From Fidelibacterota bacterium (GTDB taxonomy: Bacteria > Fidelibacterota > Marinisomatia > Marinisomatales > TCS55): a stretch of 64,000 nt of DNA. The position numbers and the translations under genes are program-made. The notes beneath the pieces were generated by a model. That model was not told the DNA's origin and ran no database searches. It worked only from the letters and a program-made list of their open reading frames with translations. Positions 22,765 to 34,200 of the stretch are shown here, in pieces (the stretch's first letter is position 1; each line of letters opens with the position of its first letter). Where the stretch lies: assembly GCA_046861385.1 (NCBI GenBank), contig JBHHTW010000006.1:1-64000 (forward strand), in the 5' to 3' direction.

Positions 22765-23820
22765 ATGACAGCAATTAAAAAAGTCCAAATCATTATAATT
22801 ATTTTGATTATACTACCCGTGAGTGTTGTCTTATCCAGATCAATCAATTTTACAGGTCAGTCTTCCATTACCGGGTTCAATAATCCATTATATTCCCAAC
22901 CGAGCTTTGAATATAGACTTCAATATATTCCAACTATCAGCTTGGAAAACCAATATAATAATTCCGGATTATTTGATGCAGAGTGGGCGATAGATTTTAA
23001 TTATACCAGTCATTTTGATTCCCTTTCTATGACTAACTACAGAAGCTGGATAAGATTTAAAAGTAACGATGTTGAAATCAGAGCCGGAATTCAAAAACTC
23101 AATTTCGGACCGGCAAAATTATTTCGCCCGCTCCAATGGTTTGATACACTAAACCCAATTGACCCATTACAATTAACGCCAGGTATCAATGCGGTTCGAT
23201 TCAGGAAAGAAATGACTCAAACCAGTTATTATATGATGTGGATAATTCATAAGACCGATGAAATGATCAGTTTAGAACCTCATCAGTCCAAAAACAGATC
23301 CAATGAATTTGGCGGCCGCTATCAAACGTTGACAAAATATGGCGAAATTGGCGTTACCTCTCACTTCAGGTTTATTGAACCCGGAGTTGAGAAACTGCCG
23401 GAATTCCGTTTGGCCCTTGATGGTTCTTTCGATATGGGAATTAATTCTTGGTTTGAATCCGTATTTATTAAATCAAAAGAGGAGTCCGGTTTTATTGATT
23501 TTCAGCAAATTACGACTATTGGGGTTGATTATACTTTTGATCTCGGAAATGGATTTTATAGTTCCCTTGAAGCTTATCGTTACTATTCTTCCGGACAGAA
23601 TATTTCTTCGAGCACAACGGAAAAATTGGGTGCTTTGTTTTCATATCCCTTATCAATTTTTGACAATTTTACTTCAATCTCATATTATGATCTGGAATTG
23701 AAAAAAAGCTTTCAATACTTGTCCTGGCAACGGGCTTATGACAATTTGACTTTAAACGCCGGACTATTTTTGTATCAGTCTACTGCCGGTTATCAAATCA
23801 TACTGACTTATTATCACTAA
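22765..23820 (+). CDS. Hypothetical outer-membrane protein heading a LolCDE-like operon
   Basis: ATG at 22765 gives a signal peptide; GIQKLNFGPA, DPLQLTPG, terminal aromatic strand. Confidence 0.6.
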   Translation: MTAIKKVQIIIIILIILPVSVVLSRSINFTGQSSITGFNNPLYSQPSFEYRLQYIPTISLENQYNNSGLFDAEWAIDFNYTSHFDSLSMTNYRSWIRFKSNDVEIRAGIQKLNFGPAKLFRPLQWFDTLNPIDPLQLTPGINAVRFRKEMTQTSYYMMWIIHKTDEMISLEPHQSKNRSNEFGGRYQTLTKYGEIGVTSHFRFIEPGVEKLPEFRLALDGSFDMGINSWFESVFIKSKEESGFIDFQQITTIGVDYTFDLGNGFYSSLEAYRYYSSGQNISSSTTEKLGALFSYPLSIFDNFTSISYYDLELKKSFQYLSWQRAYDNLTLNAGLFLYQSTAGYQIILTYYH

Positions 23821-23822
23821 TA

Positions 23823-24024
23823 GAGGGCTTTGAAAAACCAGATGTGTGAAGAAAAAAGAAGTAAAATTTTCCTGATTAAGGCGGGAAACGCAGTCAATAG
23901 TGGTACTATGGACAAGTTTTCCCCCGCCTGCCACCTTAACAATGCTAATAAGGGAGCGGGCAGGAACGAAAAGCAGGGGAATTTTGCACTTTTTAATTTG
24001 TGCAAATGGTTTTGCAAAGCCCTC
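23823..24024. mobile_element. MITE (non-autonomous IS derivative), 202 bp
   Basis: 18-bp TIRs GAGGGCTTTGAAAAACCA / TGGTTTTGCAAAGCCCTC (17/18 match); TAATA direct repeats at 23818-23822 and 24025-24029. Confidence 0.85.
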
Positions 24025-24044
24025 TAATAAATAAAGGATTTATC

Positions 24045-24758
24045 ATGGATAATTCAACCATCATACAGATAAAAAATCTCAAAAAAGATTTTCCAATCGG
24101 AAAGGGAGTCTTCACTGCCTTACAAAATATTACTATCAGCATTAAAACCGGGGAGTTTTTGGGATTAATCGGTCCCAGCGGATCGGGGAAAACCACTCTG
24201 TTGAATATTATTGGTTCTTTGGATATTGGGACCGAAGGCGACGTGATTGTGTTAGATAAAAATGTAAGTACACTTTCTCCAATTGAAGCCGCAAAATTAA
24301 GGAGCGTATCTCTTGGATTTATTTTTCAAACATATAACCTGCTCCCTGTGTATACAGTATTTGAAAATATAGAATTACCATTATTATTATTAAAGCAATC
24401 GCAGGCAGAAAGAAAAAAGGCTGTAAATAAAGCTCTAGAGTGGGTTGGATTAGAGGATAAAATTAATTCCAGACCGGCACAATTGTCCGGCGGCGAATGC
24501 CAACGCGTTTCAATTGCCAGAGCAATGGTGAAGAATCCAAAAATTGTTTTGGCTGATGAACCCACTGCAAATCTGGATGCTGAAAATTCTCACAACATAT
24601 TGAAAACAATGGAATTTCTTAATTCAGAACTAAAAACAACCTTCGTTTTTGCAACACATGATGAAAAAGTTATACAATATTTGCATCGAAAAATTAGCTT
24701 GGTGGATGGACAAGTTGTGAACGATGAAAAAGTCACCAACAATACAACAGGGGGCTGA
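24045..24758 (+). CDS. ABC transporter ATP-binding protein (LolD/MacB-like)
   Basis: AAGGA SD before ATG 24045; GPSGSGKT, LSGGE, ADEPTANLD, ATHD. Confidence 0.95.
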   Translation: MDNSTIIQIKNLKKDFPIGKGVFTALQNITISIKTGEFLGLIGPSGSGKTTLLNIIGSLDIGTEGDVIVLDKNVSTLSPIEAAKLRSVSLGFIFQTYNLLPVYTVFENIELPLLLLKQSQAERKKAVNKALEWVGLEDKINSRPAQLSGGECQRVSIARAMVKNPKIVLADEPTANLDAENSHNILKTMEFLNSELKTTFVFATHDEKVIQYLHRKISLVDGQVVNDEKVTNNTTGG

Positions 24759-24759
24759 T

Positions 24760-25935
24760 ATGAAATTAGCACTGAAATTAGCTTACCGAAACTTGGCAGG
24801 TGCACGTTTAAGAACGTGGTTAAATGTTTTTGTGCTTTCGCTCTCTTTTGTTATGATAATTTGGAATAAAGGAATATTGAGTGGTTGGGATAAACAGGCT
24901 CGGAGGGATACAATAAACTGGGAAATTGGCGGGGGTCAATATTGGCATGAAAACTATGATCCTTATGACCCCTTCACAATTGAAGACAGCCATGCAAAAC
25001 TTTCAAATGATATTCTGGCTGCTCAGGAGCAAGGTCTATTGACTCCCATTTTGATATCGCAAGCCACCATGTATCCTCAAGGACGGATTCAAAATGTGCT
25101 TCTCAAGGGCATTGATCCTAGACAAACCTTATTAGAGTTGCCTTCTTCATTTTTGGACACAGATATTGACGAAATACCCGTGTGCATTGGAAAACGAACC
25201 GCAGAAACAAATCACCTAAATGTTGGAGATTATTTCACAATAAGATGGCGAGATAATTACGGGACGTTCGATGCCGCCGAAGCGAAGATTATCCATATCT
25301 TTAAAACCAATGTTCCAGTAATAGACAATGGCATTTTGTGGATACCTCTTGAACAGCTTCGGACCATGATGCAGATGCCGGGGGAAGCGTCAATTTTGGT
25401 TACATCTCAGGAAAATGAATCATTGGGAACACTCAAGGGATGGGTTTTTAAGGATCATTATTATCTCCTTTCAGAAATACGTGAAATGATAGAAATGAAA
25501 TCAGTAGGTGGTTCAATTTTTTATTTCGTTCTGTTATTGCTGGCTATGCTTGCCATTTTTGATACACAAGTTTTATCAATCTTTCGCCGACAAAAAGAAA
25601 TTGGGACCCATATAGCATTGGGGATGACCCAAAAACAAGTCATTGGATTATTTACGATTGAAGGTGCGATGCACGCCGTTTTAGCGGCCATTCTGGGGGC
25701 CATATACGGAATTCCACTGCTTGGGCTTCAGGCTGTAAAAGGCTGGACAATGCCGGGAGGAACTGATGATTACGGACTAACAATTGCCGAAACAATTTAT
25801 CCGGCCTACAGTGTCGCATTGGTCGTAGGAACAACCTTGCTAGTTCTGATAACGACAACAATTGTGAGTTATATCCCGGCGCGTAGGATATCTAAAATGA
25901 AACCAACCGATGCAATTCGAGGAAAAATCCAATGA
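24760..25935 (+). CDS. ABC transporter permease, FtsX/LolE-like
   Basis: LAYRNL N-terminus, periplasmic domain, RRQKEIG...ALGM, three C-terminal TMs. Confidence 0.9.
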   Translation: MKLALKLAYRNLAGARLRTWLNVFVLSLSFVMIIWNKGILSGWDKQARRDTINWEIGGGQYWHENYDPYDPFTIEDSHAKLSNDILAAQEQGLLTPILISQATMYPQGRIQNVLLKGIDPRQTLLELPSSFLDTDIDEIPVCIGKRTAETNHLNVGDYFTIRWRDNYGTFDAAEAKIIHIFKTNVPVIDNGILWIPLEQLRTMMQMPGEASILVTSQENESLGTLKGWVFKDHYYLLSEIREMIEMKSVGGSIFYFVLLLLAMLAIFDTQVLSIFRRQKEIGTHIALGMTQKQVIGLFTIEGAMHAVLAAILGAIYGIPLLGLQAVKGWTMPGGTDDYGLTIAETIYPAYSVALVVGTTLLVLITTTIVSYIPARRISKMKPTDAIRGKIQ

Positions 25936-27206
25936 TAAAATTTTTAGTAAAAGGGTTAATTCGGGATAGACAACGAAGTGTATTCCCTATAATAATGGTG
26001 ACCGTAGGTGTTTGGATTACTGTTTTTCTTCACTCCTGGATTACTGGCGTGTTTACGGATATGGTTGATTATTCCGCCAGATTTTCCACTGGTCATGTAA
26101 AAGTCATGACGCGCGCATATGCTGAAAATGCAGATCAGTCGCCAAATGATTTGGCCTTAATGAATGTAGAAGAAATAATTCTTAGACTCCAAGAAAAATA
26201 CCCCAATATGACCTGGGTGAAGCGTATTCAATTTGGAGGATTGTTCGATATACCTGATGAAAATGGCGATACTCGTTCCCAGGGGTCAGTTATGGGAATG
26301 GGAATAGATTTACTATCCCCTGGAAGTCCTGAGATAACCACTATGAATATTAAGAAGTCTGTGGTTCGTGGACGATTGCCCGAACGTCCGGGAGAAATAT
26401 TAATCAGCGACGAACTGGCTTATCGATTAGAGGCAGAAATAGGCAACGAAGGTACTTTATTAAGTTCAACGATGTATGGAAATATGACCATGTACAATTT
26501 CAATATCGTCGGGACGGTTAATTTTGGTGTTGCTGTAATGGACAGGGGGGCGCTTATTGCCGATATAACCGATGTTCAGGAAGCGTTGAATATGACCGAT
26601 GCGGCCGGTGAAATATTGGGTTATTTTGAACATGGGATATATGATGATTTAAGAGCACAAAATATTGTGGATAATTTTAATTCCACTTATCAAATTACAG
26701 ACGATGAATTCACCCCGGTAATTGGGACACTGAAAGAAGTGGGGAATCTGGGAGAATATCTGGAGTTTGCATCTAGTATTTCCGGAATAATTATATCCAT
26801 ATTTGTTATAATCATGTCTATTGTGCTTTGGAATGCGGGATTGTTGGGAGCATTAAGACGGTATGGTGAAGTCGGTATCAGATTGGCCATCGGTGAGAGG
26901 AAAGGACATATTTATCGTTCGATGATTTATGAATCGATTTTCATAGGGATTGTAGGATCGGTTATTGGTACGGCCTTGGGATTAAGTTCAGGATATTATT
27001 TACAGATCAAAGGTCTGGATTTAAGCTCCATGATGAAAAATGTAACTATGATGGCTCCTGTGGTTTACCGAGCGTCCGTTACAACCGAAACATATTATAT
27101 CGGTTTTTTCCCGGGACTCCTGGCGACGATCATAGGGACAATGTTCGCAGGAATTGGAATTTTTAAACGCCAAACAGCAGAGCTATTCAAGGAGTTAGAA
27201 ACATGA
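25932..27206 (+). CDS. ABC transporter permease, FtsX/LolE-like
   Basis: RRYGEVGIRLAIG; same topology as the upstream permease. Confidence 0.9.
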   Translation: MIKFLVKGLIRDRQRSVFPIIMVTVGVWITVFLHSWITGVFTDMVDYSARFSTGHVKVMTRAYAENADQSPNDLALMNVEEIILRLQEKYPNMTWVKRIQFGGLFDIPDENGDTRSQGSVMGMGIDLLSPGSPEITTMNIKKSVVRGRLPERPGEILISDELAYRLEAEIGNEGTLLSSTMYGNMTMYNFNIVGTVNFGVAVMDRGALIADITDVQEALNMTDAAGEILGYFEHGIYDDLRAQNIVDNFNSTYQITDDEFTPVIGTLKEVGNLGEYLEFASSISGIIISIFVIIMSIVLWNAGLLGALRRYGEVGIRLAIGERKGHIYRSMIYESIFIGIVGSVIGTALGLSSGYYLQIKGLDLSSMMKNVTMMAPVVYRASVTTETYYIGFFPGLLATIIGTMFAGIGIFKRQTAELFKELET

Positions 27207-27937
27207 TCAAAATAATTACATTGATAACTTTAACCCCTCTCATTCTCGTTGGGCAAAATATCACCGGGGATGAAATATTAGCTCTATTAGATAAAAATCA
27301 GTGGTCAGAAACAAGTATTATCGTTTCAACAATGACAATTCATGGAAAGCGAGGAACTCGTACGATCACGTCAAAAACTTGGATGAGTGGTGAAGATCAA
27401 TCCTTCACAGAATATATATCTCCCGCTAGGCAAAAAGGAGTGAAGATGCTGAAACTGAAAGACGATTTATGGACATATTCGCCGAAGGCGGACCGAACGA
27501 TAAAAATTGCAGGACACATGCTGAGACAATCACTAATGGGTTCAGATTTATCATACGAAGATATGATGGAAAACAATAAACTAAAAGATGCGTACAGGGC
27601 TACGATTACCGGAGAAGAAAAAATAAACGGACGGGATTGTTACGTGCTGGAGTTATCCGCTGTTGAATCTGATCTCGCTTACCAAAAACGTAAACTGTAT
27701 GTAGATAAAACAAAAATGATTGCTATAAAGGAAGAGCGGTATGCAAAAAGCGGTAAATTGTTAAAAACAACTCTTATTGAAGAAGTTATGCAGGTAGATG
27801 GACGCTGGATCCCTAAAAAAATGATATTCAAAGATGTTTTATCAAAAGGAGCGGGGACAGAGTTTCTTATTGATGAAATTGAATTTGAGGCGGAAATTCC
27901 TCAAAATATCTTTTCAAAAGCGTCCCTAAGAAAATAG
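27203..27937 (+). CDS. Outer membrane lipoprotein-sorting (LolA-like) protein
   Basis: SPARQKGVKML, LMGSDLSYEDM, YAKSGKLLK, IFSKASL. Confidence 0.85.
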   Translation: MIKIITLITLTPLILVGQNITGDEILALLDKNQWSETSIIVSTMTIHGKRGTRTITSKTWMSGEDQSFTEYISPARQKGVKMLKLKDDLWTYSPKADRTIKIAGHMLRQSLMGSDLSYEDMMENNKLKDAYRATITGEEKINGRDCYVLELSAVESDLAYQKRKLYVDKTKMIAIKEERYAKSGKLLKTTLIEEVMQVDGRWIPKKMIFKDVLSKGAGTEFLIDEIEFEAEIPQNIFSKASLRK

Positions 27938-28026
27938 GGAATATCATAAATTCAATAATTATCAATCTTATCCGTTTGATTTACTTAAAGTGGAATTCAA
28001 AATATTAGTAATAACTGACTGATTGA

Positions 28027-28341
28027 TTATTTCAATTTCCCATCCCAACCAAAAAGATGGAAATCGGTTTTCCCATATTTATCAAAAGTGATTCCTTCGC
28101 TGACTAATATGGAGTTCTGTAATGAACTAGGATGTCCATCGGAACGAGTACTAATCTTTCCCTGGCTGTTAATCACCCTTTGCCATGGTATGCCTGATTT
28201 TATTGGCGTTGCTGCCATTGCCCGGCCAACCTGGCGGGCAGTACATCCAACCATCATAGCTATTTGACCGTAGGTTGCCACTTTTCCAGAAGGGATTTGA
28301 CATACAATTTGATAGATTAATTGATTGGTATTTTGATTCAA
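28027..28341 (-). CDS. Alkyltransferase-like protein (MGMT/ATL, YbaZ-like)
   Basis: IPSGKVATYGQIA, ARQVG, PWQRV (Trp where active MGMT has Cys). Confidence 0.9.
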   Translation of the reverse strand: MNQNTNQLIYQIVCQIPSGKVATYGQIAMMVGCTARQVGRAMAATPIKSGIPWQRVINSQGKISTRSDGHPSSLQNSILVSEGITFDKYGKTDFHLFGWDGKLK

Positions 28342-28375
28342 TAATTATGAATTCTACGTTTTCAAAATATATAGA

Positions 28376-29458
28376 TTAACTAAGTGCGACTAATTCCTTT
28401 GTCGTTTTATTCAGGATTTCGCAACCGTCTTCCTGGATAATCACATTATCTTCAATACGCACACCACCCCAGTTCGGCAGATAGATTCCGGGTTCAATGG
28501 TTACTACATTATTCACTTCCAAGATGGATTCGCTCAAATGACTTAACCGCGGTTCGGTGTGAACCTCTAAACCCAACCCGTGACCAGTACCATGATTATA
28601 ATATTCTCCGTAGCCCTGTTCGGTTATAACATCTCGGGTTACTCTATCTACTTCTTTGCAAGACACGCCTTTTTTTGCAGTATCACATCCGGCCTGCTGG
28701 GCTTCTTTAACAATTTCATATATTTCACGGTGCTTATCAGAGACATCACCCACGAGCGGTGTTCGCGTCATATCCGCATGATACCCAGCATATTTTGCAG
28801 CAGCATCAATCACAATAAAATCGCCTTTTTTAAAAGGACGTTCACTGGGAACCGCATGCGGCAAAGACCCATTTGGACCTCCAGCCACTATGGGTGAGTA
28901 TGCTTCCCCATCGCTCTCTTGGCGATAGCGCATTGATAAATAATTTGCGATTTCTTTTTCCGTTGTCCCCGGTTTAAGCATCGGTAGAATTTCATCATAA
29001 ATAACATCCGTTATTTCCACGGCGGTGCGAATCGCATCCAATTCTGATGGATCTTTCACTGCCTGAAGATTTTCCAAAAGCATTGAGGTTGATTCCCATG
29101 AAACATCCGGAAAAGTGTTGATCAATATTTTGTGTTGACTGACACTGACATGGTCAGATTCAATGGCTAGTTTCATTCCGTCTTTGATCAAATTATTCTT
29201 TTCAATAATAGATACATGTGTTCCAAAATCTATTAAGCATTCCATACCTTTAACTTGTTCATTCGCTTGCAAATCATAGCGTCCATCTGAAATAAAAAAA
29301 GATCCATCGTTTGTTATCAGACACGATGCTGTGGAACCGGTAAACCCGCAGATGTAGCGAATGCTCGTGAGATTAGTCAGTAAAATTCCATCCAGTGTCA
29401 ATTTACCCAACTGCTGCTTCAACCGATCTTGTCTGTTTAAAAAAATATCTTCTCTCAT
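28376..29458 (-). CDS. Xaa-Pro aminopeptidase (M24B)
   Basis: GYHADMTRT, HGTGHGLGLEVH, TIEPGIY, GVRIED; ATG at 29458 preferred. Confidence 0.93.
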   Translation of the reverse strand: MREDIFLNRQDRLKQQLGKLTLDGILLTNLTSIRYICGFTGSTASCLITNDGSFFISDGRYDLQANEQVKGMECLIDFGTHVSIIEKNNLIKDGMKLAIESDHVSVSQHKILINTFPDVSWESTSMLLENLQAVKDPSELDAIRTAVEITDVIYDEILPMLKPGTTEKEIANYLSMRYRQESDGEAYSPIVAGGPNGSLPHAVPSERPFKKGDFIVIDAAAKYAGYHADMTRTPLVGDVSDKHREIYEIVKEAQQAGCDTAKKGVSCKEVDRVTRDVITEQGYGEYYNHGTGHGLGLEVHTEPRLSHLSESILEVNNVVTIEPGIYLPNWGGVRIEDNVIIQEDGCEILNKTTKELVALS

Positions 29459-29670
29459 TTTATCTTGGTTAATCCACCCGCTTTGTAATTTTGTGAACAA
29501 GTCATATTAATATTCGGATTGCTCATGAGGATAAAACGTAAATATGTAAAACGCAATGTTGTCCAATTACGTAATTACGTTTTACATAATTACATAGTGT
29601 TATGATTTCTCCATCCATTATTATTACAGCACCTGCATCAGTTAGTACGCTTGCTCATGAATTATCCAGG

Positions 29671-30306
29671 TTATATTTCCAACGAGTCCTGGATGCTTTT
29701 TCGTTCTGTTGTTATACGTTGTATATCGCCACCCTTTTTTTCTAATACGTCAAGCACTTGAAGCGCTTGAAAATGCAAACCTTGATTTCGCAACACAGCA
29801 ACCATTGTGAATGTGGCTAACCGAGGACTGATGTCTATTGTGTCTAATTCTCTTTTGGCTTCTTTTGTTTTAACCTGTTTTTTAGGGGAAGGTGCGGCTG
29901 TTTTTTGCATGGGTGTGGGAACAGTATATTCCTGTGCTTTTTTGTTGCCCGGATCCCATTTTAAAATCAATTCCCATGTTTTTAAGATAGATGATTCTGC
30001 TCTCTTTAGTTTAATTTGAACATCAACTAACGCTAAAGCCGCCTGTAAATGAACTGTGCCATTTGTCAATACTGCCTTCAGAGATTTTTCAGCATTGACA
30101 TAATCTTTCAAAGATTGTTGAGCTTTCCCTAATACGAATAAACCATCAACGTTTTCCGGATGGTGTTCCAATCCTATTTCACAAACTTTTCTGGCTCTTA
30201 CATAATCATCAATGATGAAATAATGATTTGCCAAAACAGGAAATAACACCGTTTCGAATTGTTCGGCAAAATGAAGTTCCAAGGCGGTACGGCTATTCAG
30301 ATCCAT
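29671..30306 (-). CDS. TPR-containing hypothetical protein
   Basis: TPR-like helices, ATFTMVAVLRNQG C-terminal motif. Confidence 0.7.
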   Translation of the reverse strand: MDLNSRTALELHFAEQFETVLFPVLANHYFIIDDYVRARKVCEIGLEHHPENVDGLFVLGKAQQSLKDYVNAEKSLKAVLTNGTVHLQAALALVDVQIKLKRAESSILKTWELILKWDPGNKKAQEYTVPTPMQKTAAPSPKKQVKTKEAKRELDTIDISPRLATFTMVAVLRNQGLHFQALQVLDVLEKKGGDIQRITTERKSIQDSLEI

Positions 30307-30309
30307 GGA

Positions 30310-30714
30310 TCAACGACGGTTGGATTGAATCCAGTCTGTAATATAATCGATGGTTTCCTGAACGGGTGTACCGGGTCCGAATAATTTACCTACACCGATT
30401 TCAGCTAATGCTTCCATATCTTTTTTCGGAATAATACCGCCACCGGTGAGAAGAACATCATCTAATTCCTTCTCTTTCATCAGTTCCACTACCCTTGTGA
30501 AAATAGTCATATGGGCATTATTGAGACTGGACAAGGCAATGACATCCACATCTTCCTGCAAAGAAGCAGAAACAATCATTTCCGGTGTTTGTCTCAGCCC
30601 AAGGTAAATGACTTCCATCCCGGCATCACGATATGCAGATGCCAGAATTTTAATCCCTCGATCGTGGCCATCCAAACCAGGTTTGGCCATTAGAATTCTG
30701 ATTTTTCTTTCCAT
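30310..30714 (-). CDS. Cobalamin-binding subunit of an acyl-CoA (methylmalonyl-CoA) mutase
   Basis: [11 protein letters not shown] (DxHxxG), SSL, GGGIIP, FGPGT. Confidence 0.95.
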   Translation of the reverse strand: MERKIRILMAKPGLDGHDRGIKILASAYRDAGMEVIYLGLRQTPEMIVSASLQEDVDVIALSSLNNAHMTIFTRVVELMKEKELDDVLLTGGGIIPKKDMEALAEIGVGKLFGPGTPVQETIDYITDWIQSNRR

Positions 30715-30774
30715 TACATTCGACTTCTTATTGACAGAAAATTACGACGTTTGGTCGTTTCTTTTCAGGATTAA

Positions 30775-31218
30775 TCATTCTTTGCTGTTTAGAACAATGG
30801 TTACCGGTCCGTCGTTATCAATCTTTACATTCATCATGGCACCAAATTTTCCACATTGAACGGGAATGTTTTTGGATTCCAATCTCTTCATAAAATCTTC
30901 ATAGAGAGCCTCTCCTTTTTCAGGAGGTGCGGCTTGAATAAAACTGGGGCGGCGGCCCTTTCGCGTATCGGCACAAAGAGTGAACTGGCTTATCACCAAT
31001 GCGGATCCATTCACATCTTTAATCGATAGGTTCATTTTATCATTTTCATCGTTAAATATGCGAAGTACAGAAATTTTATCAGTGAGAAATTGACTATCTT
31101 GTTCTTTGTCATCAATCATGATGCCCAAAAGAATAACCAGTCCATGATTAATTTCCCCTATAGTTTGATGGTTAACAATCACTGATCCGGATGTAACACG
31201 CTGCAGAACAGCGATCAT
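30775..31218 (-). CDS. dtd: D-aminoacyl-tRNA deacylase
   Basis: QRV, SQFTL, GRRPSF, NDGPVT. Confidence 0.97.
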   Translation of the reverse strand: MIAVLQRVTSGSVIVNHQTIGEINHGLVILLGIMIDDKEQDSQFLTDKISVLRIFNDENDKMNLSIKDVNGSALVISQFTLCADTRKGRRPSFIQAAPPEKGEALYEDFMKRLESKNIPVQCGKFGAMMNVKIDNDGPVTIVLNSKE

Positions 31219-34200
31219 TTAGTCACCCACACATTCTCTTTCCCATAAACTTCTCGAAGCTTTTTTAAAAACTCGCGGCTGGAAGAAACGCGAGAATTGT
31301 GTGAAAAAATCTTTCGACCTTTTCCTTCTTTTGCTCCTATATGAAACATTAGACCGCAGTTGCCGTGATATTGTTGTACCAATGAAAATAGTGCGTCCAC
31401 TGTATCAGGAATCATTTGATCGGGTTCGAGTCGGATATTCACATGTTTTGAAAAGTAATCACGTGCATTATCCAATGAAACAATTTCATCGGCAATGATT
31501 TTTAAATCACTGAAATCAGATGTGTCCGTTGGTTTACCGCTTACAAAAACAATTTCGTCATTATCCAGTATATCTTTATATTTCTCGAATACACTGGCAA
31601 AAGCCAATACCTCAGCCTGACCGCCGAGGCACTCAAGCTTAAAAAATGCCATTTGGTTATTTTTGCGGTCAAAGTGTAATCTAAATTCCTGAATGCTCCC
31701 ACCCAAGCGCACATTGTCTAAGGTGATTTCCTCTACATTTTCAGTGAAATCATAATTACTAAATTCCTCTAAATCTTCGGCGTATTTTAATAGAGGATGG
31801 CCGGTTAAATAGAGGCCTAAAACGTCTTTTTCTTTTTGCAGTGATATGGTATCTGTCCAGGTTTCAGCCTTGATCAATTCGGGTGTCATGGCGTGATGAC
31901 CATTGGTTGCTGAACTGAATAAATCCTCCTGATTGCGATGTCGATTTTCCTGAATTTGCTGACCATATTTAAGTGCAATATCAATGGATTCAAATTTTTC
32001 TGCCCGCGTACCGCTCATGCTATCCATGGCACCTGCCATGATCAGGCTTTCTAATACTTTACGATTGACTGCTCTTAATTCTACATTTGAAGTAAAATCG
32101 AATAATGAATCAAATGTTTTTTTTGTATTTCTTGTTTCCAAAATATGCTCTAACGCCTTTGTCCCCACATTCTTGATGGCGTTCAGTCCGTAAGAAATTG
32201 TTTTATCATTCACCGGTTTAAAGTGAATATCAGAAATATTCACATCTGGTGCATCCACTTTTATTTTTAGCTTTCGGCATTCATTAATCAGAATAACGAT
32301 ACGGTCAATATTAGACATTTCACTGGTGAGGTTTGCGGCCATGAATTCAGCCGCATAGTATGTTTTTAGCCAAGCCGTTTGATATGCAACATACGCGTAG
32401 GCGGTGGAATGACTTTTGTTAAATCCATATTCAGCAAATTTTTCGATGAGGGCATAAATCTTTTCTGCTGCAAGACGGCTAATATTATTCTCCATCGCAC
32501 CATCAATAAATTTTAGTTTTAATTCCTCCATAAGTTCACGAATTTTCTTCCCCATTGCCCGGCGCATTATGTCTGCTTCGGCCAGTGAAAATCCTGCAAT
32601 CTCGTGAGCTATCTGCATTACCTGTTCCTGGTAAACGATAATACCGTATGTTTCCTTGAGGATATGCTCCATTGTGGGATGAAGATAAGTAATCTTTTTC
32701 TTTCCATGTTTTCGTTTGATAAAGTCATCAATATTTTCCATGGGACCCGGACGGTAAAGAGCATTCATGGCAATCAGATCTTCAATCTGGGTTGGTTTCA
32801 GTTTCTTCAAAAATTCCCGCATACCGGATGATTCAAACTGAAACACTCCTATGGTCATCCCTTTGGCAAATAATTTGTACACGTTTTCATCGTCCATAGG
32901 AATTTTGTTTATGTCTACTTTAACATTTCGCTCTCCCAATAATTTTAATGTATGATCAATGACCGTTAAGTTCCTCAAACCCAGAAAATCCATTTTCAAT
33001 AAACCCAGATCTTCCAAACCTTTCATATCATATTGGGATGTGATATCACCGGTACTGGACTTAAAGAGAGGTGTATAATCTGTTAAATCTCCGGGTGTGA
33101 TTACAACGCCGGCTGCGTGAGTAGAGGCATGACGATTCATCCCTTCCAGCGTTAAGGCGTGATCCACAAGTTCTTTATATTGACTATCAGCGGCTTCTCG
33201 CAACGCCGGGCTCTGTTCCAAAGCTTGTTTTAGTGTGACAAAAGGTCCGGCGGGAATCATTTTTGCGATTTTATCTACTTCACCAAATGAAAATCCAAGA
33301 ACACGTCCGACATCCCGAATAGCCTGACGCGCTTTCATTTTTCCAAAGGTAATAATTTGAGTTACAGAATTTTCACCATATTGTTTTTTTATATAATCGA
33401 TAACTTCACCACGGCGTTCGATACAAAAGTCTATGTCAATATCCGGCATACTGATACGTTCCGGATTTAAAAACCTCTCAAAAAGCAGTCCGTGTTTCAG
33501 CGGATCAATCGTTGTTATATCAAGTGCAAAAGAAACCAAACTTCCCGCTGCTGATCCACGTCCGGGGCCAACCGGTATATTATTATCTTTAGCATATTTT
33601 ACAAAATCCCTTGTAATCAAAAAATAACCGGCAAATCCCATTTGTTTAATGACATTCAATTCGTGGGTTAATCGCGATTGGAGTTCCGGGGTAATGCCCC
33701 CGTACAAATTGCGAACACCCTCTTCGCATAAATTTTGGAGATAATCGTCCGGATTACTGGACGGCGCATCTGGGGGAATCGGAAACATTGGCAAATGATA
33801 ATTCCCCATGGGTAGCTCCAAATCGATACTGTCCGCTATTTTTCGGGTATTTTCCATCGCTCCTGGATAATTTTTAAATAATTTATACATATCATCCTGC
33901 GATTTAAAATAGAATTCGGGCGTTGCATACCGCAGACGGTTTGGGTCATCTCGTTCTTTACCCGTCCCCAGGCAAATATGAATATCATGAGCTTCCCAGT
34001 GATCGTGTACCGCATAGTGTGCATCGTTTGTAGCTACAAGGGGCAAGTTCAACTCTTTCGCCAGCTTGGTAATAAGTTCTATATTTCTTGCTTCGGCATC
34101 AATACCATGATTTTGAATTTCTAAATAGTATCTTCCAGGGAACATTTCCGCAAACTCCAAAGCAGCGGCCTTGGCGCCCTCCCAGTCTCCATTCACTAGC

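Noticed and set aside
23817-24044. Short ORFs 23817-24017 and 23830-24027, and the N-terminal extension of the ATPase from 24000
   Set aside because: They lie within or start in the MITE and have no transposase motifs; the SD supports ATG at 24045
28027-28341. Inactivated O6-methylguanine methyltransferase pseudogene
   Set aside because: Trp in place of Cys defines the known functional ATL family, and the ORF is intact
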